64,000 nt of DNA from assembly GCA_001782235.1 (NCBI GenBank), contig MFOC01000007.1, forward strand, positions 251,909-315,908. The letters run 5' to 3'. Source of the stretch: Candidatus Levybacteria bacterium RIFCSPHIGHO2_02_FULL_40_18. Lineage in GTDB: Bacteria; Patescibacteriota; Microgenomatia; Levybacterales; GWA1-39-11. Shown here in pieces: positions 1 through 7,782 of this stretch. The notes beneath the pieces were generated by a model. That model saw only the letters and a list, made by a program, of their open reading frames with translations, was not told the DNA's origin and did no database searches. Positions within the stretch are counted from its first letter, which is position 1, and each line of letters starts with the position of its first letter. Position numbers and translations under genes: made by a program.

Positions 1-532
1 TATCTTTCGCCTTTATGGCGGACAACTTGACTGCTCTCTCCAAAGCAGGGCCGAAGTTCTCGCCTAGCATGTCGTTCCAGCCAGGAGTGGAGTTGTTTGC
101 GTCTCCGGACACGTCCTTGCTGCTTGCGCAGCGGTATTTGAAGCAGACGTTATAGAAGTTGCGCATGGCAGTTTCGGACTGGTTGAGGGTCCAATAAGCC
201 GTCACCGCCAACTCAATCTGCACTCCCGATTTGGTGGTCGCCGTAATCAGCTGAGTGCGGTCGCCTACAACGTTTCCGTTGGCATCCGTCACTGTCCCGT
301 CGCTGACGATGTAGTTCCGCGAGTTGCACGGAATAAAGGAGACGTCCTCGTTGTCGCCCTTGTCGACCTTCTGACCCTGGTACTCAATCCGGTGCAGTTT
401 GGAGTCGCGGCCTTTCGCGCCGTCTCCGACTACGAAGGCACAACTTGCGGTTGTAGTCGACGTATCAGTGCAGGCGAGGAGAAGCAGAGCAACTGCAAGT
501 ACAGCCACTACCACTATCGCTGACCTAAGCAT
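1..532 (-). CDS. Lipoprotein, probably SPFH/band-7-like (runs off the window; absent from the ORF track)
   Basis: Manual translation from ATG 532: MLRSAIVVVAVLAVALLLLAC (lipobox) ...ITATTKSGVQIELAVTAYWTLNQ...PGWNDMLGENFGPALERAV; open to base 1; AGGAGG upstream. SPFH assignment is by resemblance only. Confidence 0.6.
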   Translation of the reverse strand, partial: MLRSAIVVVAVLAVALLLLACTDTSTTTASCAFVVGDGAKGRDSKLHRIEYQGQKVDKGDNEDVSFIPCNSRNYIVSDGTVTDANGNVVGDRTQLITATTKSGVQIELAVTAYWTLNQSETAMRNFYNVCFKYRCASSKDVSGDANNSTPGWNDMLGENFGPALERAVKLSAIKAKD

Positions 533-558
533 TGTATTCCTCCTTCGACTATTCGTGC

Positions 559-1860
559 TTAGTTCTGCACGGCAGGAACAGACCTGGCGATTTCCAGAGG
601 CGCCTCCTGAGCGGCTTCTCGGGCAAGTTCGAGCACGTGCTCGATCTGCGCCTGGTTTACCCTCTGGGTAGCCGCATCGATTACCTCCTTGCCCGTGATC
701 ATCGCCTGCTCGAGCTCGAGCCTCTTCTGCTGACCGAGTTCGATAGCCTGAACGATTCCGTCGGCCTGCGCCGCCAGAGACTCGCTCCATGCCACTACGG
801 TGCGGGGGTCCAGAGCCGGCGTCGCCAGCGCGTTTGCTATCATCGGCACGGTGGCCTTTGCAGCATTTGCGAACAAGGTCAGCACCTGGTTGTAGGTATC
901 CTCGACGGCCGCGTTGAACTGTAGCGCCTGTTCGGCGTCACCCAACGTGAGCCAGATAAGGATAGTTCCTTTCATGGTCGGGATCGTGATGTCGACGGTC
1001 TGGTCAATCCGGGCTGACAGACCCACTTGGACTACTCGCATGTTGCGAGTCTGCGGGGCCATAGCCCATGCAACCCAGAGCCGTCCCTTGAACGCGATGA
1101 TCCTGTTCTCAAGAAGCGTGACGAGCTCCGAAATCCGAGCCTGCTCTTCGCCGCCGCGGTCTCCCATGTTGGAATCGCCGACAACGATGCTGTCAGCCTG
1201 CTCGGCAGCCAAGTCGCGGATGATCTCCATGACGCCGATCTTGTAGATCAGCTTGTTGATCTCCTGCTCATTGAGCTTATAGAACTCGTCGTAGTAGGCT
1301 ACATTCCTGAGCAGCTGCTCCTGTTTGCCATCGAGTTTTTCGATGACCCAGTCGCACTGCTCCTCGAGTCCGCGGATATCGTCGAGGAACTCCTCGAGGA
1401 ATGTCCTGCCGAGACGGAAGATGCCCAGGAAGCGGCCCTTAGCCTTCTTGTACTTCTCGAGTGCTTTGGGGTCGCTGGGGTCGTACCTGCGGCCAATACC
1501 GCGCATACGCCGGGAAAGATCCCTCATGGCGTCACTCAGCTCCGGAATGTCGATAGGGTGGCGCTCGCTAAGCATCCGGTCGTTTAACCGGTTGATTGAC
1601 TCGAGCGCATCGTTTCCGAAGACCGCCAACACTTGAGTGTTGGACAACATCTTCGGTAGGACATCCGTAGCTTCTGCCTGTGCCCTGACGAGAGTGTCGC
1701 CTTCCAGTAATTGCCGGCAAACGAGCAGTTCTCGCTTCTGAGGGCTAACAGACAGAGCAGAAAGCTCTGTTACTTGCGAAGTCGGTCGGGGCTCCGCCGG
1801 AATGGTGGCCGCAAACTGCGGGGACACTACGATGGTGGGTTGGGTCGGCTGTTGAGTCAT
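559..1860 (-). CDS. Toxic anion resistance protein, TelA/KlaB family
   Basis: 433 aa helical/coiled-coil; VLAVFG, AMAPQTR, IDQTVDITIPTMK pattern; preceded by an XpaC-like gene; SD AAGGAG. Confidence 0.75.
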   Translation of the reverse strand: MTQQPTQPTIVVSPQFAATIPAEPRPTSQVTELSALSVSPQKRELLVCRQLLEGDTLVRAQAEATDVLPKMLSNTQVLAVFGNDALESINRLNDRMLSERHPIDIPELSDAMRDLSRRMRGIGRRYDPSDPKALEKYKKAKGRFLGIFRLGRTFLEEFLDDIRGLEEQCDWVIEKLDGKQEQLLRNVAYYDEFYKLNEQEINKLIYKIGVMEIIRDLAAEQADSIVVGDSNMGDRGGEEQARISELVTLLENRIIAFKGRLWVAWAMAPQTRNMRVVQVGLSARIDQTVDITIPTMKGTILIWLTLGDAEQALQFNAAVEDTYNQVLTLFANAAKATVPMIANALATPALDPRTVVAWSESLAAQADGIVQAIELGQQKRLELEQAMITGKEVIDAATQRVNQAQIEHVLELAREAAQEAPLEIARSVPAVQN

Positions 1861-1883
1861 GTCGGTACTCCTTTAGCTTGTGG

Positions 1884-2879
1884 TCAGCGATATCGCTGGG
1901 CCTGCAGAATGTTGGTGTTAACCCTGAAGTCAAAAAGATCTTCGGCACTGCCGCGCCTGATCGACTCCAGGACGTACTCGGAGAAGTCGGTGATTGACTC
2001 CTTTCCCCTCTGTAGCTCTTCGCCCCAATTGGTGTAGTAGCGCGGATTGTCCTGGACATCGGCATACTTAGCCAGGACTTGAGCGACCTCATTCAAGCGG
2101 TCTCTAAAGAAAAGGGAATCCCTCTTCTTATCCTTACTACTTGAGGAGAAGTATCTCTCGATATCCACACACAGCTGGTAGAGCGCATCTTTGAGCTCCG
2201 AGTCTTTGATCTGCCAGCGTTCTCTTACGATTTTCGCGAGCAGTTCCTTGACTTGGTCGGGTGCTCTGAAGCGCGTTTTTTCCGTGCTAGACTCTGTTTC
2301 CTGGCTGGCGACAACCGCAAGAACTGCGATGACGACGAGCACAATGACGACAGCAATGCCTAGCCATACGAACCACGACAGACCTCCTTTCTCAGGTGAA
2401 TCGAGCGGCGGAGGGTTTAATTGGGGATTCTCCCTCTGCCAGATGTGCATGTTCTGCACGAACGTGCCCAGTGTCGTCACCGGATCGTTAGAGACGCTTC
2501 TTGCGCGCCTCATTTGATCGGCAGCAACTCCTGCAGGTAGAGTTGGCGCATATCCTACCACATTGTTGCCTACCGCAAGTCCGATGATTCGCCGGTTTCC
2601 CAGCTCTTCGGACAGGCGACTTGCAATTGTGGTGATATCCGCTCCAAGACTTGATTCTGCCGCAGCCGGTAGCATAACCAAGACGATGTTGTCGTCTTTG
2701 TTGAGCCTTTCCTGCAATTTGCCGGCTGTGTCTTTGTCAGTCCCTTCGGTGCCGGGAGCCACGTAGACGGGCGCATTCTTTAAAGCCTGCGCTGCGTCTG
2801 TGATGTAGTCGGCAAAGACTACGTGGGGCGCTAAAAGAGCCAGAACTGCTAAAGCAACGGCTTTAGCTATGTGCTTCAT
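1884..2879 (-). CDS. Membrane protein: signal peptide, TPM-like extracellular domain, TM helix, XpaC-like C-terminus
   Basis: Signal peptide, TM FVWLGIAVVIVLVVIAVLAVV, C-terminal FFRDRLNEVAQVLAKYADVQDNP; directly upstream of telA-like gene. Confidence 0.55.
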   Translation of the reverse strand: MKHIAKAVALAVLALLAPHVVFADYITDAAQALKNAPVYVAPGTEGTDKDTAGKLQERLNKDDNIVLVMLPAAAESSLGADITTIASRLSEELGNRRIIGLAVGNNVVGYAPTLPAGVAADQMRRARSVSNDPVTTLGTFVQNMHIWQRENPQLNPPPLDSPEKGGLSWFVWLGIAVVIVLVVIAVLAVVASQETESSTEKTRFRAPDQVKELLAKIVRERWQIKDSELKDALYQLCVDIERYFSSSSKDKKRDSLFFRDRLNEVAQVLAKYADVQDNPRYYTNWGEELQRGKESITDFSEYVLESIRRGSAEDLFDFRVNTNILQAQRYR

Positions 2880-3130
2880 CCCGTCCTCTCCTTTCTCTTC
2901 GGCTTTTGCCGAAAGCTAGGGTCTTTTGTTCGAAGAAATCTTCGATCAAGGACCTAAGTTCATACTTAATGCGATTCTGCTTCTCCTTAATTTGCTATCC
3001 ATTTTTAATCTTTCTCCTTGTTTTTTATTTGCCTAAGGCAATCCGATCCCGATTTCTGTCAGGACGAGAGTGCCGTAGGCAAGATTCGCTCTAGCTTTTG
3101 AGCGAAGTTCAAGAAGATTCCACAGTCAAA

Positions 3131-3296
3131 TTGTCAAAGAGCAACTTTAAGCGATTTAAACTTAAGCAATTTTAGTTTTGGCGCTTAAAGACAAATATAT
3201 TGTATTTAAAATCAGCAAGCTTTTCAGTTCTTTTGAGAACTATTGAACGTGCTGACAGTAACAGTGGATTATATCCAAAACAGGATAAAGAATCAA
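3131..3296 (-). promoter_or_regulatory. Sigma70 promoter and boxA-like motif in the island leader
   Basis: Minus strand TTGATT (3296-3291), 17 bp, TATAAT (3273-3268); TGCTCTTTGACAA at 3143-3131. Confidence 0.6.
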
Positions 3297-3340
3297 ATAT
3301 TATAGGGTAATACTTTTACTTTCCGGGGGATTTCTGTAAG

Positions 3341-3417
3341 TTGACCTATTGTTTGGGTTCTGTTAAAATTAGGGCGGTTTTGAGTTTAAAGAGGTGGTCT
3401 TGGAACCACCTTTTTTA
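3341..3417 (+). promoter_or_regulatory. nusA promoter and terminator-like leader hairpin
   Basis: TTGACC-17-TAAAAT (3341-3369), then AGGTGGT-cttgga-ACCACCT followed by a T-run. Confidence 0.65.
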
Positions 3418-3455
3418 TACTTAATACATAATACTTAGTACTTAATACTAAAAAT

Positions 3456-4541
3456 ATGGCAGTTGTACAAAGATCGGAATTTGCGTTAGCTTTAAATCAA
3501 ATAGCCTCGGAACGAGGCGTCGATCCTTCTATTGTGCTTGAAACAATGAAGGGCGCAATTTTGGCTGCCTATAGAAAGGATAATGTTGTCCCGGACGAAG
3601 ACCTCGAAAAATATTCGGTTGAATTGAATGAAAACACGGGCGAGACAAAGATTTTAAAAGAAGGAAAGGATGTTACGCCCCCCGGATTTGGAAGAATTGC
3701 AGCCCAAACCGCAAAACAAGTATTGCTTCAGAAAATTCGCGAGCGTGAGAAGGATGCAATAATCGATGAGTATTCAAAGAGAATTGGGACGGTTGTAAAT
3801 GGAATGATCCTGCGATTTATAGGCCCTGCGATTGTTGTTGATATTGGAAAAGCAGAGGCCGTTATTTCGCCGGCTGATAAAATCCTAAACGAACAATACT
3901 TTCTTAATAAAAAGATGTCGGTATATATTAAGGAAATAGATGAGGAGAGGCGGGAGATCATGGTATCAAGATCCGATCCGAGGCTAATTGAAGGGTTACT
4001 CCGACGCGAGGTGCCGGAGGTCAATTCTGGCGCAGTTACCATCAAAAAAGTTGTTCGCGAGCCGGGAAATCGAGCAAAAATTGCAGTTTATTCGGAGCAG
4101 TCAGGTATTGATCCGGTTGGGTCATGCGTTGGGCAAAAAGGTGTTCGTATTCAGGCAGTAATCGATGCTTTGGACGGCCTAGAGAAGATTGATGTGATTC
4201 AGTGGAATCCTGATCCTCTGAAGTTTATAACCAACGCGCTTTCTCCTGCAAAAAATCTTACAGTTGAAATTGATGAAGAAACAAAAACCGCAAGAGTGCG
4301 CGCGCCTCGTGAAGAATTGCCGCTAATCATTGGCCGAGAGGGACAGAATGTTCGTTTGGCATCGAAATTGAGTGAATATAATATTGAAGTTGAAGGAGAC
4401 GAATCTATGACAATACAGGATTCGGGGCAAGCTGAGGAGCCCACTGAGGACAAAAAGACAAAAAACGAAACTCCTAAGACTAGAAAATCCAAGAAGACAA
4501 AAACAAAAGAAGATGATTCCGAACAGGGGAAAAGTGAATAA
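3456..4541 (+). CDS. nusA: Transcription termination factor NusA
   Basis: FGRIAAQTAKQV, S1/KH motifs REPGNRAKIAV, DPVGSCVGQKG, IIGREGQNVRLA. Confidence 0.97.
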   Translation: MAVVQRSEFALALNQIASERGVDPSIVLETMKGAILAAYRKDNVVPDEDLEKYSVELNENTGETKILKEGKDVTPPGFGRIAAQTAKQVLLQKIREREKDAIIDEYSKRIGTVVNGMILRFIGPAIVVDIGKAEAVISPADKILNEQYFLNKKMSVYIKEIDEERREIMVSRSDPRLIEGLLRREVPEVNSGAVTIKKVVREPGNRAKIAVYSEQSGIDPVGSCVGQKGVRIQAVIDALDGLEKIDVIQWNPDPLKFITNALSPAKNLTVEIDEETKTARVRAPREELPLIIGREGQNVRLASKLSEYNIEVEGDESMTIQDSGQAEEPTEDKKTKNETPKTRKSKKTKTKEDDSEQGKSE

Positions 4542-4571
4542 CATGAAAGGTTCGGATTCTAAAAAAATAAT

Positions 4572-6089
4572 ATGGATAAAAAAAACAAAAATCAAACCCT
4601 TCAATCGGACTCAGGGCAAGCAAATGAATTTGCCCCGGTCGTTTCTGTATTAGGTCACGTTGATCACGGCAAAACGAGCCTATTGGATAAAATTCGTGAA
4701 ACTCAGATTGCAGCAAAAGAGCATGGCGGAATTACGCAAAAGATAGGCGCCTCACAAATCGAAATAAAACACGAGGGCAAACTTCGCAAAATCACTTTTA
4801 TCGACACTCCTGGCCATGAGGCCTTCTCAAACATGCGCTCGCAAGGTGTAAATGCCGCGGACATAGCGCTTCTTGTGATCGCGGCAGACGATGGGATAAA
4901 ACCCCAGACAAAAGAGTCAATAGAGAAAATAATTGAGGCAAAGCTCCCTTACATTGTAGTTTTCACAAAAATTGATCTTGAGACCGCAAATATTGAACGG
5001 GTTAAGCAAGGGATCGTGAAGGAAGGAATTTTGCTTGAAGGCCTGGGTGGAAATGTTCCATATATTGGGGTATCTGCAAAAACCGGCGAGAAAATTGGCG
5101 ATCTGCTGGATTTAATAGTACTGGTTTATGATCTTTCAGGAATAAAAAAAGATGAAAATGCGGATTTTGAAAGCGTTGCTGTTGACGCAAAGCTTGATAA
5201 AAAAAGAGGGGTCGTCGCTACAATTGTCGTAAAATCCGGAACTTTAAGAATCGCCGATAAAATATTTGCACATGGGCGTGAAATCGGAAAAGTCAGAGCG
5301 ATTATTGACACATTTGGTAAAAACGTCAAAGAAGCCGCTCCAGGTGACGCGGTCGAGCTTCTTGGCTTATCGGAGGTTCTGCCATCGGGTACAGTTATTT
5401 CAAACAAGCAAATTGAGCCTCAAGTTCGGGAAGAAACCCTTAAGCCGGTTGCTAAAACCCCGGTAGATATTCGCGAGTTTTTAAAATCCCGTGATCAGGA
5501 TTTTGTGCCGATCGTTTTAAAGACGGAAACAAGCGCAGAGATGGAAGCGATCAAAAATTCCCTTCCCTCAACCCCGATTGGATCGGGGTCAAAAATTAAG
5601 GTGATTTATGAAGGTCAGGGAGACGTAGCGGTTTCAGACGTGTTGCTAGCCAAAGATTTTTCCGCATTAATTATCGGATTTAACGTAGGTATAAATTCCG
5701 ACGCAAAGTTTTTGGCAGAGAGCGAACATGTTTTTAACAAGTCCTATCGAGTTATCTATGAACTGCTTGACGAGCTTTCGCAATTAATTGTTGCAGTAGG
5801 TACAAAGGAACAGGAAAAAGAATTAGGTAGAGGAACAATTCTTGCCTCGTTTTTAGGAACAACTGGTCCAATTTTAGGTACAAAAGTAACTTTTGGGAGG
5901 CTTGCTGTCGGAGATAAAATAAGGATAGCTCGTGGTGAAAAAGTGCTAGGAGAGGCTTCGATAATATCAATAAAAAAAGGGAAAGAAGACATAAAATTGG
6001 CCTCAAAGAATGACGAATGCGGCATAATGATAAGGCCTGAAGTTGACTTTGCAAAAGACGATGCTATAATAGCCTATAGCAAGACGTAG
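4572..6089 (+). CDS. infB: Translation initiation factor IF-2 (short, lacks N-terminal domain)
   Basis: [21 protein letters not shown]; follows nusA. Confidence 0.96.
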   Translation: MDKKNKNQTLQSDSGQANEFAPVVSVLGHVDHGKTSLLDKIRETQIAAKEHGGITQKIGASQIEIKHEGKLRKITFIDTPGHEAFSNMRSQGVNAADIALLVIAADDGIKPQTKESIEKIIEAKLPYIVVFTKIDLETANIERVKQGIVKEGILLEGLGGNVPYIGVSAKTGEKIGDLLDLIVLVYDLSGIKKDENADFESVAVDAKLDKKRGVVATIVVKSGTLRIADKIFAHGREIGKVRAIIDTFGKNVKEAAPGDAVELLGLSEVLPSGTVISNKQIEPQVREETLKPVAKTPVDIREFLKSRDQDFVPIVLKTETSAEMEAIKNSLPSTPIGSGSKIKVIYEGQGDVAVSDVLLAKDFSALIIGFNVGINSDAKFLAESEHVFNKSYRVIYELLDELSQLIVAVGTKEQEKELGRGTILASFLGTTGPILGTKVTFGRLAVGDKIRIARGEKVLGEASIISIKKGKEDIKLASKNDECGIMIRPEVDFAKDDAIIAYSKT

Positions 6090-6167
6090 GAAGTTAGGAC
6101 TAAAGGAATTAGTGATTAAGATTTTGACTGATTACTTTAGTCTTTTATTCTTTTAATCTTAAGAGAT

Positions 6168-7151
6168 ATGGGTAGTTCATTAATTACAAACCAAAAAGAG
6201 AAAATTCGGGAGCTTATTGATTCTTCCGAAAGTATCGGTATTATAGTTTCGGAAAATCAAAATATTGATACGGTGGCCGCAGCGCTCGGTCTGTATCTTT
6301 CTCTCTCATCAAACGGCAAGAATGTTCAAATTGTTTCAAAAAAAGAACCGACAGTCGAGGTTTCAAGCCTGGTTGGGGTTGACAAAATTTCAAAGACTTT
6401 TGCCGGTAACATAAAGATCTTAACAATCTCGGTTCCATATCGGGAGGGCGAGATAGAAAAAGTCTCATACAATATTGAAGACACAAGACTTAACGTTAAT
6501 TTGTTCGCCGAAACTTCAGGAATCACATTCAATGAAAGCGAAATTCAATATATAAGAAAAGGCTCGGCTCCTTCTCTTGTGATAACTTTAGGAGTAATAG
6601 ATGAATCTGAGCTTCTGGGACTTTTGGATCTTAAAAGTGTTAAAAGTATTCATATTGATCGAAATCCCTTGAATGCAATGCAGGGAGACGTTGTAATTAT
6701 TGATCCTTCCTTTTCTTCATTATCTGAAATTGTAACAGAGCTTATAACTGAGCTTAATCTTGGCCATGATATTGATTCGTTCCAGAATTTAATGGATGGT
6801 ATAACCTACGCGACCCGCAATTTCACTCTTCCCGCGACAAGTCCGTTTGCATTTGAAATGGCAGGATTTTTACTTCAGAACGGAGCAAGGAGAAAAGAAA
6901 AAGGCGAAAGACGTGAGGAGCGCGAAAGAAACTTCCCCCAAGAATCGCATTTCCTTCAGACAAGAGGTGCCGGCAGATCTGATTTTAGACAAAATCGTCC
7001 GCAGGCAGGAAGACCTCAAACTGCCCAAGATCCATTCGCGAGCACTAAAAATATTGAGCAAGTTGAGAGTGTTGAAGGTACTGGAACCGGCGAAATTCCG
7101 GAAGATTGGTTTCTTCCTAAAGTCTTCAAAGGCTCCCGAAAAGGCAACTAA
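6168..7151 (+). CDS. DHH/NrnA-like phosphoesterase-fold protein with degenerate motifs
   Basis: NIDTVAAALGL (DxD-like), IHIDRNP in place of IDHH, SSLSEIV, GITYATRNF; position after infB. Confidence 0.6.
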   Translation: MGSSLITNQKEKIRELIDSSESIGIIVSENQNIDTVAAALGLYLSLSSNGKNVQIVSKKEPTVEVSSLVGVDKISKTFAGNIKILTISVPYREGEIEKVSYNIEDTRLNVNLFAETSGITFNESEIQYIRKGSAPSLVITLGVIDESELLGLLDLKSVKSIHIDRNPLNAMQGDVVIIDPSFSSLSEIVTELITELNLGHDIDSFQNLMDGITYATRNFTLPATSPFAFEMAGFLLQNGARRKEKGERREERERNFPQESHFLQTRGAGRSDFRQNRPQAGRPQTAQDPFASTKNIEQVESVEGTGTGEIPEDWFLPKVFKGSRKGN

Positions 7152-7159
7152 CCCAAGAT

Positions 7160-7303
7160 AATAGTTATAAGAAAATAGAAATTAGTAATAGAAAATGCCT
7201 GCCTGCCGGCAGGCAGGGAGAATAGAAAATAGTTAAACAAAAAAAACAAATTTCCAATTTCTAATTTCCATTACTATTTTCCAATATCTAACAACCAATT
7301 TCT
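7160..7303. repeat. ~125-bp imperfect inverted-repeat element (family B) copy 1, with nested 20-bp palindrome
   Basis: AATAGTTAT-AGAAAAT-GAAATTAGTAAT...CTAATTTCCATTAC...AACCAATTTCT; homologous to 18015, 41560, 44493; CCTGCCTGCCGGCAGGCAGG at 7198-7217. Confidence 0.85.
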
Positions 7304-7421
7304 GATTGAATTTTGGATTTGATTTTGGTAAAATACAAACTCAGCGTCTAGTAAGGAGCGTCTAGGGTCTAGTTTAAATAAAAACTGAACGCTAAACGCT
7401 AGCTACTAAACGCTTCGAAAT

Positions 7422-7691
7422 ATGGCTTTGAATGCTGATGAAAAGAAAAAAATAATTTCCGAGTTTGCAACAGTTAAGGGCGATACAGGAAGTCCCGAGG
7501 TTCAAATTGCACTTTTGACTCAGCAAGTTCAAAAACTTACAGAACATTTGAAGCTCCATCAAAAAGATACTCATTCAAGGCGCGGACTCCTTAACATGCT
7601 GTCAAAAAGAAGAAGATTATTTAACTTCTTAATCAGAATGGATAAAGATCGGGGAGAAGGAATTGCAAAGAAAGTAGGAATGGCCGCGTAG
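7422..7691 (+). CDS. rpsO: 30S ribosomal protein S15
   Basis: DTGSPEVQIALLT, HQKDTHSRRGLL. Confidence 0.98.
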   Translation: MALNADEKKKIISEFATVKGDTGSPEVQIALLTQQVQKLTEHLKLHQKDTHSRRGLLNMLSKRRRLFNFLIRMDKDRGEGIAKKVGMAA

Positions 7692-7782
7692 ATAGATCAT
7701 AGATCATAGATTTTAGATCTTAGATCATAGTAAATACAAAAACTAAATCTAAAAAGAGCCACAAAAGTCCCGAAAAAAATTA

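Noticed and set aside
399-2776. Plus-strand and short alternative-frame ORFs over the island
   Set aside because: They shadow GC-rich minus-strand genes that have SD sites and recognisable motifs.
2868-3002. Possible small minus-strand ORF (MDSK.. / KEKQNRIKYELRSLIEDFFEQK..)
   Set aside because: The start and the protein-like stretch are in different frames with a stop between them; a relic cannot be told from chance.
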